Positions 40,940-54,217 are shown, counted from the stretch's first letter. The stretch: 64,000 nucleotides of DNA from an uncultured Collinsella sp. (GCA_900541005.1 UQIP01000004.1:13697-77696), one strand, 5' to 3'. Translations and numbers: made by a program. Notes: generated by a model not told the origin, from the sequence alone.

Positions 40940-42712
40940 ATGCTGAAGAGGTTTCTTTCGTATTACGAGCCCCAGATGGGGCTTTTTGTTGCTGATACTG
41001 TTTGTGCTCTGGTGCTTGCCGCCATTGACCTTGCTTTTCCTATTATTCTGCGTAATTTGACCGGTGGGCTATTTACTCAGGGTCAGGCTGCCATTATGCA
41101 GGCGCTCGGCATGATCGCGGTGGGCTTGGTGCTGATGTATGCCGTCCGCTGCGCCTGCCGCTACTTTGTGAGCTATTGGGGCCACGTGATGGGCGCGCGC
41201 ATGGAGTCCAAAATGCGCGAGGACCTGTTCGACCAGTATGAGCGCTTTAGCTTTGCGTACTTCGACCGCAACAGCTCGGGTGACATGATGAGCCGCGTGG
41301 TCAACGACCTGTTCGATATCTGCGAGGCGGCGCATCACGTACCCGAGTGGATCATCATCTGCGGTATCGAGATTATCGGCTCGTTTGTGATCCTCTTTAC
41401 CATCGCTCCGGTGCTGGCGCTTGCCATGGCCGTGGTGACGGCGGCGTTTGCGGTCGTCATGTTTTGGCAGAACATGCGCATGCGCGAGGTCTTTAGCGAC
41501 AACCGCAAGAAGATCAGCGGCATTAATGCACAGCTGCAGGATTCTCTGGCGGGCATGCGCGTGGTCAAGAGCTTTGCCAACGAGGAGACCGAGCGTGCCA
41601 AGTTCCGTGCCTCTAACGACCGCTACCTTTTGTCCAAGGAGAACATGTATCACGCCATGGGCGTCTATACCGCGACGTATGGCCTGCTCTCGGGTGTGCT
41701 CTATGTGATCGTGGTGCTGCTGGGCGGCTGGCTCGTCGCCAAGGGACAGCTGCAGGCGGTCGATATGGCGACCTTTGCACTCTATATTTCGCTGTTCTGC
41801 ACGCCGCTTGAGACGCTCGTCAATTCGGCCGAAACGTATCAGAAGGCTATCGCCGGCTTTAAACGTATGGACGAGGTGCTCTCGACCGCGCCGGATATCC
41901 AGGACAAGCCGGGCGCTACGGATCTGCAGGTGACTGCTGGCGCCGTGGAGTATCACGACGTGTGCTTTAACTACGAGGATGTCGAGCTGGGCGAGGGCTA
42001 TGCCGACGAGCGTCCCGTTATCGACCATATGGACCTGTCCATCAAGCCCGGGCAGACCATCGCTTTGGTTGGCCCTTCGGGCGGCGGCAAGTCCACGACC
42101 TGTTCGCTGCTGCCGCGCTTTTATGACGTGGCTACCGGATCCATTAGCATCGACGGTCAGGACGTGCGCGATGTGACGCAGCAGAGCCTGCGCCGCGCCA
42201 TCGGCCTGGTGCAGCAGGATGTCTATCTGTTTGACGGCACGATTGGCGAGAACATCGCCTACGGCAAGCCGGGCGCTACGGCAGAAGAGATCGCCGAGGC
42301 CGCCCGTCGCGCCAACATCGATGCCTTTATCGAGTCGCTTCCGCAGGGCTACGACACCGTGGTGGGCGAGCGCGGCAGCCGTCTTTCGGGCGGACAGAAG
42401 CAGCGCGTTGCCATCGCGCGCGTGTTTCTCAAGAACCCCAAGATCCTGATTTTGGACGAGGCGACGAGTGCTTTGGATAACGAGAGCGAGGAGGCGGTGC
42501 AGGAGTCACTCGAAGAGCTGGCACGCGGCCGCACCACGATTATCATCGCCCACCGTCTTTCGACCATTAAGCATGCCGATGAGATTGCGACCGTTGAGCA
42601 TGGTCGCGTTATGGAGCGTGGCACGCACGAGGAGCTTCTCGCCCGTGGCGGCACCTATGCCCGTTACTATCGAATGCAGTTCGAAGGTGCGCGTGCGCAC
42701 GAGCTCGACTGA
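40940..42712 (+). CDS. ABC exporter, fused permease/ATPase
   Basis: TM domain, GPSGGGKST, LSGGQKQR, ILDEATSALD, IAHRLST. Confidence 0.93.
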   Translation: MLKRFLSYYEPQMGLFVADTVCALVLAAIDLAFPIILRNLTGGLFTQGQAAIMQALGMIAVGLVLMYAVRCACRYFVSYWGHVMGARMESKMREDLFDQYERFSFAYFDRNSSGDMMSRVVNDLFDICEAAHHVPEWIIICGIEIIGSFVILFTIAPVLALAMAVVTAAFAVVMFWQNMRMREVFSDNRKKISGINAQLQDSLAGMRVVKSFANEETERAKFRASNDRYLLSKENMYHAMGVYTATYGLLSGVLYVIVVLLGGWLVAKGQLQAVDMATFALYISLFCTPLETLVNSAETYQKAIAGFKRMDEVLSTAPDIQDKPGATDLQVTAGAVEYHDVCFNYEDVELGEGYADERPVIDHMDLSIKPGQTIALVGPSGGGKSTTCSLLPRFYDVATGSISIDGQDVRDVTQQSLRRAIGLVQQDVYLFDGTIGENIAYGKPGATAEEIAEAARRANIDAFIESLPQGYDTVVGERGSRLSGGQKQRVAIARVFLKNPKILILDEATSALDNESEEAVQESLEELARGRTTIIIAHRLSTIKHADEIATVEHGRVMERGTHEELLARGGTYARYYRMQFEGARAHELD

Positions 42713-42731
42713 TTGATATGACAGGAAGTTT

Positions 42732-43697
42732 ATGGCTGACAAGAACCCTTTGACTCCGGAAGAAGTGACGGAGTTATTCTCCGAAATCGATGCATCCGGC
42801 GTCTTGGATCCCACGCTCGCCAAAAAGCGTACCGAGCGCATGCGTGAGAAGGAGGCTGCGGCCAAGCGCGGTGACAAAGCGGCGCTAGCGCAGCTGCGCA
42901 GCGAGGACCGCGCGAGCCAGGCAAAACATATCGACCCGCTGTCCGAGGACGATCCTTCGGGCTCGCAGGTGAGCCATACCATTACGAAGACCGCGATGGC
43001 CGTGGTCATCGGTATTTTGGTGCTGATCGTGGGCATGCAGATTGGCTACGGCGTGATGCGTCGTCTGAACACCGCCAACCTGTCCGAGAGCGTTTCGGTC
43101 GATACCGTTTCGACGGCGCTGAAGGGCGGCCTTGAGTGGGGCAACGGCTTTACGCAGTTCCCGCTCGACTTTACCGTCGATGAAGCCGATGAGCGTACGG
43201 GCACGGTCGAGGTGACGGTGTTGGACACATCGTCTGCCAACGAGCTCGAGCTGCTGTCCAACGGGCAGATCCAGGCCGCGGCGCTTGCGACCAACGCGCT
43301 GCTCAACGATAAGATCGACCGCGTGGTGTATAACGTTCACGCCTATATCGACGAGGATAGCAACATTCAGCACGATTCCTTCTTTGGCATGTTCCCCGCG
43401 CGGGGCCACCAGAGCGCCATTTTGACGTTCGTGTGGACCAAGAGCTCATCCAACGCCACGAGTATCGACTGGAAGATGCGCATCGTGAGTATGGATGACA
43501 CCATCGCCGAGCGCATTCAGAAGCAGGTGAACTCGGTGTCGTCGTTGATTGAGGATCCGGTGGTGAGCCAGACCAAGATTGACGAGGAAAAGGCCGAGCG
43601 TGACCTGGAGCATCGTCTGCATGGCCGCGAGATTTTCCGCGGCGGCAAGCCCGATCGCACACCGTCCGAACTGCTGGAACAGGACAAGAAAAAGTAA
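42732..43697 (+). CDS. Hypothetical single-TM protein
   Basis: AGGA RBS, one central hydrophobic helix, host-like codon usage. Confidence 0.75.
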   Translation: MADKNPLTPEEVTELFSEIDASGVLDPTLAKKRTERMREKEAAAKRGDKAALAQLRSEDRASQAKHIDPLSEDDPSGSQVSHTITKTAMAVVIGILVLIVGMQIGYGVMRRLNTANLSESVSVDTVSTALKGGLEWGNGFTQFPLDFTVDEADERTGTVEVTVLDTSSANELELLSNGQIQAAALATNALLNDKIDRVVYNVHAYIDEDSNIQHDSFFGMFPARGHQSAILTFVWTKSSSNATSIDWKMRIVSMDDTIAERIQKQVNSVSSLIEDPVVSQTKIDEEKAERDLEHRLHGREIFRGGKPDRTPSELLEQDKKK

Positions 43698-43706
43698 GAC
43701 GCCATC

Positions 43707-43745
43707 ATCCCGCGTGAGCCACAAGCCCGCGCGGGATGATTTTTT
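43707..43745 (+). terminator. Terminator
   Basis: CATCCCGCG...CGCGGGATG followed by a T-run. Confidence 0.65.
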
Positions 43746-43868
43746 AATCCCCGTCCCAGAAAAATCATTATGCATAGAAAGTCATAATTATCATTTCGTA
43801 AACATTTCGATGAAATTAACGCCATGAGGCATACTTGCGGTTACAATACCGCGAGGCCTAACTACACA

Positions 43869-43899
43869 CCTTTAAGCCGGTCCTGTGAGACCGGGAAGG
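43869..43899 (+). promoter_or_regulatory. PyrR-binding RNA loop overlapping the carA Shine-Dalgarno
   Basis: CCTTTAA-GCCGGTCCTGTGAGACCGG-GAAGG fits the PyrR UUUAA...UCCNGNGAG...AAGG pattern. Confidence 0.8.
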
Positions 43900-43905
43900 A
43901 GAATT

Positions 43906-45336
43906 ATGGCGAACAACCATATCGCGGGCGCTGCCGCCCGCACCTTCGCGCCCAGCGAGCTTTGCCAGCGTATGCTGGCCAAAACCAGCAAGGGCACCTG
44001 CGGTCCCTGCATCCTGTATCTTGAGGATGGGACCATTTTTTATGGACGTGCATGCGGCGCCGAGGGTACCGCGACCGGCGAAGTCTGCTTCAACACCTCG
44101 CTCGAGGGCTACTTTGAGGTCATGACCGACCCGAGTTATGCCGGCCAAATCGTAACCATGACCTATCCGCAGATCGGCAACTACGGTATCGACGAGACCG
44201 ACGTCCAGTCGGCCTTCCCCGGCGACGCCGTGCGCTCTGCGAGCGCTCCGGCCATGCGCGGCATGATCGTTCGCGACATGTGCGCCACGCCTTCTAACTG
44301 GCGCTCGGCCGTCAGCGTGCCGGAGTACCTGCGCGCACACGGCATCGTTGCTATCGAGGGTGTCGACACCCGCGCTCTGGTGCGCCATCTGCGCGACAAT
44401 GGTTCCAAGATGGGCATTATCTCGACCGAGATCTTCGACGTCGACGAGCTTGCCGAGCGTCTGGCCGCAGCGCCTACGCTGGTAGGCGAGAACCTGGTCA
44501 AGACCGTAAGTTGCCCCGCGCCTCATGAGTTTGTGGCCGCCGACCTGCCTGCCACGCATGACTTTGCGCTTTCGGCTGCCGCTCCTGCCCGTCACAAAGT
44601 GGTCGCCTACGACTGCGGTGTGAAGCGCGGCATTCTGGAAGGGCTGGTCCGCGCCGGCTGCGACCTTACCGTCGTGCCGTGGAATACGCCCGCGAGCGAG
44701 GTGCTCGACATGAATCCCGACGGCGTCTTTTTGTCCAATGGCCCCGGCGACCCCGACGCCGTGGTGGAGACCTACGAGCAGGTGCAGCAGCTGATCGGCA
44801 AGGTGCCGGTCTTTGGTATTTGTCTTGGTCACCAGATGATCAGCCTGGCCTGCGGCGCCCAGATGGAAAAGCTTAAGTTCGGTCACCGCGGTGGCAACCA
44901 GCCGGTCATGAACCTGGTAAGCCGTCGCGTGGAGATCACCGCACAAAACCATGGCTTTGGCCTGCTGTTCCCCAGCTTGGGCAAGCTTGTCCCCGAGCTT
45001 TCCGGCGGCGAGACCGAGCATGCGGCCGATGGAGATCTGCGCGTCTGGGTGCGCCGCGGAATCGCGCCGGTCGTGATGAACGAGCGCTTTGGCCACATTC
45101 GCCTGACGCACGTGAACCTCAACGACGGCACCGCCGAGGGCATCCAGCTGCTCGACGCCCCGTGCTTCTCGGTCCAGTACCACCCCGAGGCCTCGCCTGG
45201 CCCCACCGATGCGCACTATCTCTTTACCGCCTTTACGCGACTCATGGACGGCGAGGAGAACTACCTGGACATCGACACCGCGAAGGACCGCCTGGCTGGC
45301 TGGAATTTCGCCGAGACTGAGACCGAGGAGAACTAA
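43906..45336 (+). CDS. carA: Carbamoyl-phosphate synthase small subunit
   Basis: [40 protein letters not shown]. Confidence 0.97.
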   Translation: MANNHIAGAAARTFAPSELCQRMLAKTSKGTCGPCILYLEDGTIFYGRACGAEGTATGEVCFNTSLEGYFEVMTDPSYAGQIVTMTYPQIGNYGIDETDVQSAFPGDAVRSASAPAMRGMIVRDMCATPSNWRSAVSVPEYLRAHGIVAIEGVDTRALVRHLRDNGSKMGIISTEIFDVDELAERLAAAPTLVGENLVKTVSCPAPHEFVAADLPATHDFALSAAAPARHKVVAYDCGVKRGILEGLVRAGCDLTVVPWNTPASEVLDMNPDGVFLSNGPGDPDAVVETYEQVQQLIGKVPVFGICLGHQMISLACGAQMEKLKFGHRGGNQPVMNLVSRRVEITAQNHGFGLLFPSLGKLVPELSGGETEHAADGDLRVWVRRGIAPVVMNERFGHIRLTHVNLNDGTAEGIQLLDAPCFSVQYHPEASPGPTDAHYLFTAFTRLMDGEENYLDIDTAKDRLAGWNFAETETEEN

Positions 45337-45337
45337 C

Positions 45338-48652
<3,315 letters not shown>

Positions 48653-48666
48653 TTGACCTGGCCGGC

Positions 48667-48751
48667 CGGGGCGGGAGGGGCCGAGATTTCCCCCTTTCGC
48701 TCCGGCTGCAAGCAGAGTCGCTCAGGAGGAAACTCGGCCCCTCTTGCCCCG
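48667..48751. repeat. GC-rich inverted-repeat element at the left edge of the low-GC island
   Basis: CGGGGCGGGAGGGGCCGAG/CTCGGCCCCTCTTGCCCCG arms; apical CTGC-AA-GCAG. Confidence 0.7.
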
Positions 48752-48837
48752 ACGCACTGTGTCTAGACGGATTGCACCTCCTGTTTTTAGAGATAAATAC
48801 CATTTAGCGGTGATATTCAACCGTTCAAGATATTATG

Positions 48838-48875
48838 TAATGGCATATTACGTCATATGACGTAATATGCCATTA
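48838..48875. promoter_or_regulatory. Perfect 38-bp palindrome, probable operator of the PTS operon
   Basis: TAATGGCATATTACGTCAT|ATGACGTAATATGCCATTA, 45 bp upstream of the IIB start. Confidence 0.7.
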
Positions 48876-48920
48876 GCAGTCAAGGATGATTGTCTGTGTT
48901 CAAGTCGAGAAAGGGGCAAA

Positions 48921-49397
48921 ATGATTAAACTGTGTCGCGTCGATAGCCGGTTAGTGCATGGGCAGACCGTGTTCTCTTGGTATCCAACGCTTGAAGCAAA
49001 CGCTATTCTTGTGGTTTCAGATGAGTACGCCGCAAGCAAAGAGCGAATTCAAGCGCTGCGAATTGCAAAACCCGCTGATGCCAAATTGGTTGTCAAAAGT
49101 GTAGAAGATTCCATCGTGGCCCTTAACGGAAGCGCGGTGGATAAATACGAGCTAATTGTTGTTGCGGGAAATGTACATGACGCCTGTGAAGTTGCGCGTG
49201 CGTGTCCAAAAATAACGTCTGTGAATTTAGGCGGCGCTCGACCGTTGGGGGATAGCGTAAAGGAACTTGGCCCTGCTGTGCGCCTTTCCCAATCCGATAT
49301 TAATGAAATTAAGAAAGCCATGGCTGATGGAATCGAGTTCGAGGTAAGGCAGGTTGCTAGCGAGAAAAAACGCATCGTAACAAGTTTTGATTTGTAG
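48921..49397 (+). CDS. PTS mannose/fructose/sorbose family IIB
   Basis: RVDSRLVHGQ phospho-His motif, VNLGG. Confidence 0.93.
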   Translation: MIKLCRVDSRLVHGQTVFSWYPTLEANAILVVSDEYAASKERIQALRIAKPADAKLVVKSVEDSIVALNGSAVDKYELIVVAGNVHDACEVARACPKITSVNLGGARPLGDSVKELGPAVRLSQSDINEIKKAMADGIEFEVRQVASEKKRIVTSFDL

Positions 49398-49411
49398 GAA
49401 GAGGGAGAAAT

Positions 49412-50188
49412 ATGCTGCTTCAAGCTTTTCTGGTTGGTCTTGCCGCTGCGATAGGTCAATCGGATTATTTACTCGGTACTGCGATGGTCGAGCGGCCGAT
49501 TGTCCTCGGAGCGATTGTCGGTATTTTTTTGGGTGATATTCCGACTGGCGTTATTGTTGGTTTCCAGCTCGAACTCGCGTTCATGGGGGTCTGGCAGGTT
49601 GGTGCTGCCGTGCCGCCCAACGTAATTGTTGGTTCAGTTTTGGGAACAGCCTTTGCGATTACTATGGGTGCGGGTCCCGAGACCGCTCTGACTATTGCTA
49701 TGCCCACTGCGGTGCTTGCCGGCATGTTTGACAGCCTTATGTATAGCGTTGTTACGCCTCCTATGGCTGTCTGGGCTGATCTTGGCGCCGAAAAAGACGA
49801 CCCCAAAACGATTGCAGCCGCTATGTGGACCAATGGAATTCTCTACATCATTGCGCTTGGCTTGATTTGCGGCGTGGCTTTTTACGTTGGAAATGATGCT
49901 GTTCAGGCACTGATTGACGCCATTCCTGATTGGCTTACGAATGGGCTTACGATCGCAACGGGTATTCTGCCCGCGCTTGGATTTGCGCAGCTTATGTCAA
50001 TCCTGTCCACCAAGGAGCTGAGCTTCCTATTCTTTGGAGGCTTCTTGCTGAGTGCCTATCTAAACATTCCGACGATCGGTATCGTGGCGTTTTCGCTGAT
50101 CCTGATTGGGATTCTCAATATGGCTCACATTTTTATGCCTGCCAGTGCGGCGGTCGCTAAGGAGGTTGACGATGACAACGAATTCTAA
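49412..50188 (+). CDS. PTS mannose-family IIC
   Basis: RPIVLGAIVG...GD...LEL, GAAVPPN, LPALGFA. Confidence 0.93.
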   Translation: MLLQAFLVGLAAAIGQSDYLLGTAMVERPIVLGAIVGIFLGDIPTGVIVGFQLELAFMGVWQVGAAVPPNVIVGSVLGTAFAITMGAGPETALTIAMPTAVLAGMFDSLMYSVVTPPMAVWADLGAEKDDPKTIAAAMWTNGILYIIALGLICGVAFYVGNDAVQALIDAIPDWLTNGLTIATGILPALGFAQLMSILSTKELSFLFFGGFLLSAYLNIPTIGIVAFSLILIGILNMAHIFMPASAAVAKEVDDDNEF

Positions 50189-51032
50189 TGATGTTCTTGA
50201 GCTCTCGCCGGAGTCAAATAAATCGACCGATAAGAGAATAACCAAGAAAGACTTAAAGGCGTTATTTTGGCGTAGCTTTCCACTCAACATCATGTGGAGC
50301 TTTGACCGACAAATGAACGTTGGTTTCTGCTACGACATGATTCCGGTAATCAAGCGGTTATACGATAAGCCTGAAGACCGGATCGAGGCATATAAGCGTC
50401 ATCTTGAGTTCTACAATATTCAAGTTACGTTTAATCCTCTGGTCGCCGGCATTGTGGCCTCCATGGAGGAGGAGAACGCCAACAATCAGGACTTTGACAC
50501 CGCCTCAATTAACGCCATGAAAGCATCGCTTATGGCTCCGCTTTCCGGTATTGGAGATTCACTGATTGCCAGTACGCTTCGCATGATTGCGACGGGCGTT
50601 GTGACAGGACTTTGCCTTTCGGGCAGTCTGCTCGGCCCAATCCTGTTCCTGCTTCTTTATAATGTCCCAACGATCCTGATCCGCTGGTTTGGGCTTCAGT
50701 ATGGTTATTCGCTTGGCAGTGGCATGATTTCGAAGCTGAACGATTCTGATGTAATGCACAAAGTTACGTCCGGCCTGGCGATTGTGGGACTAATGGTAGT
50801 TGGTGGAATGGTGGCGACCACCGTTGCAGTTACCACTCCGCTCGCTCTTAACTTCGGCGACACCGCGTTTAAGTTGCAGGAAACGCTCGATGGGATATTC
50901 CCGGCTCTTTTGCCGCTCTGCGCGTTCGGGATCATGTGTCTTTGCAATAAGAAACAGGTCAAAATTATTTGGCAGATTGTGGGCATTCTCGCTGCGGGTA
51001 TTGTGCTCGGCGTCCTGGGGATTTTGGGCTAG
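50172..51032 (+). CDS. PTS mannose-family IID
   Basis: WSFDRQMNVGF, RHLEFYN, KASLMAPLSGIGDS. Confidence 0.93.
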   Translation: MTTNSNDVLELSPESNKSTDKRITKKDLKALFWRSFPLNIMWSFDRQMNVGFCYDMIPVIKRLYDKPEDRIEAYKRHLEFYNIQVTFNPLVAGIVASMEEENANNQDFDTASINAMKASLMAPLSGIGDSLIASTLRMIATGVVTGLCLSGSLLGPILFLLLYNVPTILIRWFGLQYGYSLGSGMISKLNDSDVMHKVTSGLAIVGLMVVGGMVATTVAVTTPLALNFGDTAFKLQETLDGIFPALLPLCAFGIMCLCNKKQVKIIWQIVGILAAGIVLGVLGILG

Positions 51033-51784
51033 AGAAGGCGTCCATCTTTTGAGATGCTGAACTCGAAGGACGATGCGTCTGCTCGCCAAACGGTTTTTGA
51101 ATAGTGGAGCGGCATTTCATCGCAGGCATATGTGACGTGCTCGACAACGCTCACGGGGGCTCCAACGATATAACCGAGAAGGTTTGCTTCTTGGAGCCCC
51201 GCTATTCCTGCGGTGATTTTGAGCTTCTCAATACCGGTTGCGATGCTGTAATGGTTGGCGATCAGGTCGAAAAGACTGGCATTGTCTGTGAGAAGCTCCA
51301 GTAGTCCGGGCAGAGTGCCCTGCGTTGCATAAACGGTGTCGATGGCGCAGGGGGCATTTTCGATATAAACCAAGCGCGCAACTCGTTGCACTACGGTTCC
51401 GTTGTCAATTTTGAGCTCCCGTGCAATGTGGGCATCAGCCTTGATCAAGCCTGTTTCCAAGATGGACTTGGTTGTTTTATCGCCGTATTGGGGGTCGGAG
51501 CTCAAATTGAAAATGGTGCTTGTTCCTCGTTTCAGGGTGAGCTTCGATGGGTTTACGAATGTTCCCTTGCCTCGCAGGCGGTAGAGCAAGTTTTGGTCAA
51601 TGAGATTCTGTACGGCGCGTCTTACGGTGATCCTGCTTACTTTGTATTGCTTGCAAAGCTCGGTTTCGGTGGGAATCTGACTGCCGCCGGGGAGTTCGCC
51701 AGAAACTATTTTCTTGAGGATATCGTTTTCAACGGTCTGATAGAGAAGCTCTGGCTGAGTGAGCTCGTCTTTTGCTGCAGGCAT
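51029..51784 (-). CDS. GntR family regulator (HutC/UTRA type)
   Basis: IPTETELCKQYKVSRITVRRA, RGKGTFV; UTRA-like C-terminus. Confidence 0.92.
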   Translation of the reverse strand: MPAAKDELTQPELLYQTVENDILKKIVSGELPGGSQIPTETELCKQYKVSRITVRRAVQNLIDQNLLYRLRGKGTFVNPSKLTLKRGTSTIFNLSSDPQYGDKTTKSILETGLIKADAHIARELKIDNGTVVQRVARLVYIENAPCAIDTVYATQGTLPGLLELLTDNASLFDLIANHYSIATGIEKLKITAGIAGLQEANLLGYIVGAPVSVVEHVTYACDEMPLHYSKTVWRADASSFEFSISKDGRLL

Positions 51785-51908
51785 GGTGGACCCCTTGGTC
51801 TTCAGTTTCTTTAGTACATAGATATACGACAACTGAGGACATCATAAGCCGTTATCTCAAAAGTTATGGAAATATCGATTTGGCGTTATCGCCGAGAGGG
51901 GATTTAAG

Positions 51909-52976
51909 ATGGGCAGACAATACGACGAGGCGTTGATTGGCGCCATCTCCGGTCGCTCGTTTATAACCGAGAAGAGGGGGCTCGAGGTTCAAATTCGTCC
52001 GGTTCCTGATGATGAAAGAGAGCATGTGCTTGACCCACGAATTCTCGAGGTATCTCGCAAGAAGATGCGGAATGTTAGCATGTCTCCGAGCTGGACGAGC
52101 CTTATTGGAATGCGCCATCGCCCGGATAAGCCGACATACCGCCTACTCGATGGTGAGGTTCAGCGCGATGAGATCCTCATGGAGGCGGCCGATCGCTATA
52201 TAGATTTATTCGTCTGGACGCCACCAAATCATAAGAAGGCAAGTCCAGCGCTTGTTTACCTGCATGGCGGCGCGTTTATGGCGGGGAATGTTCTGCAATT
52301 TGAACATCAGCTCGAGTTCATCGCCGAAAAGTCTGGTGCAGTGGTGGTTTATCCAGAATACCGCTTGGCGCCGGAGACGGCATTTCCCGGGCAGATCGAG
52401 GATTGCGTTCTTGCTCTTGATTATGTGTGCGAGCATGCCGGGGATCTCGGAATCAATCCTCATAAAATAATGGTCGCCGGCGACTCCGCAGGAGGAAGCC
52501 TTACTAATGCGTGTGTTCAGCTCAGGGGTGCTGGAGCTGTAGCCCATGCCTTCGAAATCTATCCTGAAGTCGACCTTGCGGGCGAACAGGGCGAGGGATA
52601 TGAGGATTTTCCTGCGATAGCCGATCAAGAGGACGTTGCGCGTTTTCGCATCGACCATCTTCGCGATTCGGACGGCCCGATGGTCGAACTTTGTGCACAC
52701 GGAAAAATGTCTCCTCATGACCCGTTGATTTCTGCGCTAATGCTTGAGGACTGCACTGATTTCCCCCCGGTGACTATCGTGACATCCGAATACGATCCGC
52801 TTCGTATCCCCGATGAAAAATGGGCTACAAAATTACGGTCTTCAGGAATCGATGTCGAGGTCATCGAATATGCCGGATGTGACCATGGTTTCTTCGATCA
52901 TTTTGGCGTGTACCCGCAATCGGAAGACGTGTGTTTGTTGATGGCTGAGAAGCTTAAAGAAATGGCTGCACAATAA
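51909..52976 (+). CDS. Alpha/beta hydrolase, HSL family esterase
   Basis: YLHGGAF, EYRLAPE, AGDSAGG, EYDPLR, HGFF. Confidence 0.92.
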   Translation: MGRQYDEALIGAISGRSFITEKRGLEVQIRPVPDDEREHVLDPRILEVSRKKMRNVSMSPSWTSLIGMRHRPDKPTYRLLDGEVQRDEILMEAADRYIDLFVWTPPNHKKASPALVYLHGGAFMAGNVLQFEHQLEFIAEKSGAVVVYPEYRLAPETAFPGQIEDCVLALDYVCEHAGDLGINPHKIMVAGDSAGGSLTNACVQLRGAGAVAHAFEIYPEVDLAGEQGEGYEDFPAIADQEDVARFRIDHLRDSDGPMVELCAHGKMSPHDPLISALMLEDCTDFPPVTIVTSEYDPLRIPDEKWATKLRSSGIDVEVIEYAGCDHGFFDHFGVYPQSEDVCLLMAEKLKEMAAQ

Positions 52977-53268
52977 CGTCTCTCGGCGATAAGGGACTGA
53001 AGTCGCCTGTGTTTCTGCATTCGTGGTTCTCAGTCTGATTAAAAATAAGGCTTGCTCCTTGCCCGAGTGGGTGGGGGGCAGTTTGTTTTTTGTAGCGATG
53101 CGAGGCGAGTGCCGCGCACTTTAGATCGCCATTTTGCTTCGCTGTATACCACTTGACGTAATAAAAGAGGCAAGGGCGGTGCGAGGGCCAACAGTCATTC
53201 TAAGCTCGGATTCGTATTCTAAAAAGGTTGTTTCGGTTGCGCGGTACAATATAGCAAAAAAGAATGAT

Positions 53269-53296
53269 AAAATGAATTCGAAAAAGAATTCATTTT
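53269..53296. promoter_or_regulatory. Palindromic operator of the TA operon
   Basis: AAAATGAATTC-N6-GAATTCATTTT between a TACAAT -10 (53245) and the AGGAGG RBS. Confidence 0.7.
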
Positions 53297-53308
53297 TAGG
53301 AGGTATGT

Positions 53309-53629
53309 ATGCCTGCTTTGCAGATGCTCGACAACCTTGTTCCAATTAGCGATTTCAGCCACGGTAAGGGCTCGGCTGCATTTTCGAAGGTTGGGGACGA
53401 CAATCCTGTTGTGGTTCTCAAACACAACAAGCCAGCGTTTGTGATTGTTACACCCGATGAATATAGGGAAGCGAAGCAAGCGGAGGAGGACCTCACCTTG
53501 TTAACGTTGGCGCTTAAGAGAATGGCTGTGGCAAGTGACGATGCGCTTGTTTCCCTGTCTGATGTTATGGAAGAGCTGGGTGTGAGCCAGGACGAACTCG
53601 ATCAGATGGATGAGGTCGAGTTTGAATGA
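53309..53629 (+). CDS. Phd/YefM family antitoxin
   Basis: VPISDF, PVVVLKHNKPAFVIV, acidic tail; ATGA overlap with the toxin. Confidence 0.88.
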   Translation: MPALQMLDNLVPISDFSHGKGSAAFSKVGDDNPVVVLKHNKPAFVIVTPDEYREAKQAEEDLTLLTLALKRMAVASDDALVSLSDVMEELGVSQDELDQMDEVEFE

Positions 53630-53976
53630 GTGGGTACGAAGTCGCTTTCTACCCGGATGCTCTCAAGGATATTAAGCGTCTGGACGGCTCCCAACGAAAG
53701 ATCGTCCTTAAGGCTATAGAAAAAATCAGAACGAACCCATTGCCGCAGAACGAAGGTGGATTCGGCAAGCCTCTTGGAAACAAGGCAGGTACGGATTTGA
53801 CTGGCTTTATGAAGATCAAGCTCAGGGGAAGTGGCATTCGAATCGTGTACCGCCTCATCAGAATTAAAGAAAAGATGGCCATCGTAGTGGTAGGCGCTCG
53901 CGAAGACATGGAAGTCTACCGAACTGCTCAGAGACGAGAACTCGATTTCGAGAAATGGGCGGAAGAGAATATCTAG
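53626..53976 (+). CDS. RelE/ParE family toxin
   Basis: A.KD.KRLD, GKPL, KIKLRGSGIRIVY, VVGARE. Confidence 0.88.
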   Translation: MSGYEVAFYPDALKDIKRLDGSQRKIVLKAIEKIRTNPLPQNEGGFGKPLGNKAGTDLTGFMKIKLRGSGIRIVYRLIRIKEKMAIVVVGAREDMEVYRTAQRRELDFEKWAEENI

Positions 53977-54129
53977 CTTTAACGATGAACGACGAGTGAG
54001 CGTTGGTGGGGCCCTGACGAATTAGATTCGTCAGGGTTTTTCGCTGAACCAATTGCCTTCAGCCTCCGTTGACCTTTCCTTCCAATTCATCAGCCAACGT
54101 ACGTCATAGCAATCCCCGGTAGGTCGCAG

Positions 54130-54217
54130 GGCGCTTCGCGGGCGGGCCAGGCTTTATCTGAACGACTTTGCGAAGCAACCGGAGTGAAGATAAAGCCTGG
54201 CCCGCCCGCGAAGCGCC
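54130..54217. repeat. Palindromic element with 30-bp perfect arms at the right edge of the island
   Basis: 54130-54159 is the exact reverse complement of 54188-54217; apical TTGC-GAA-GCAA. Confidence 0.85.
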
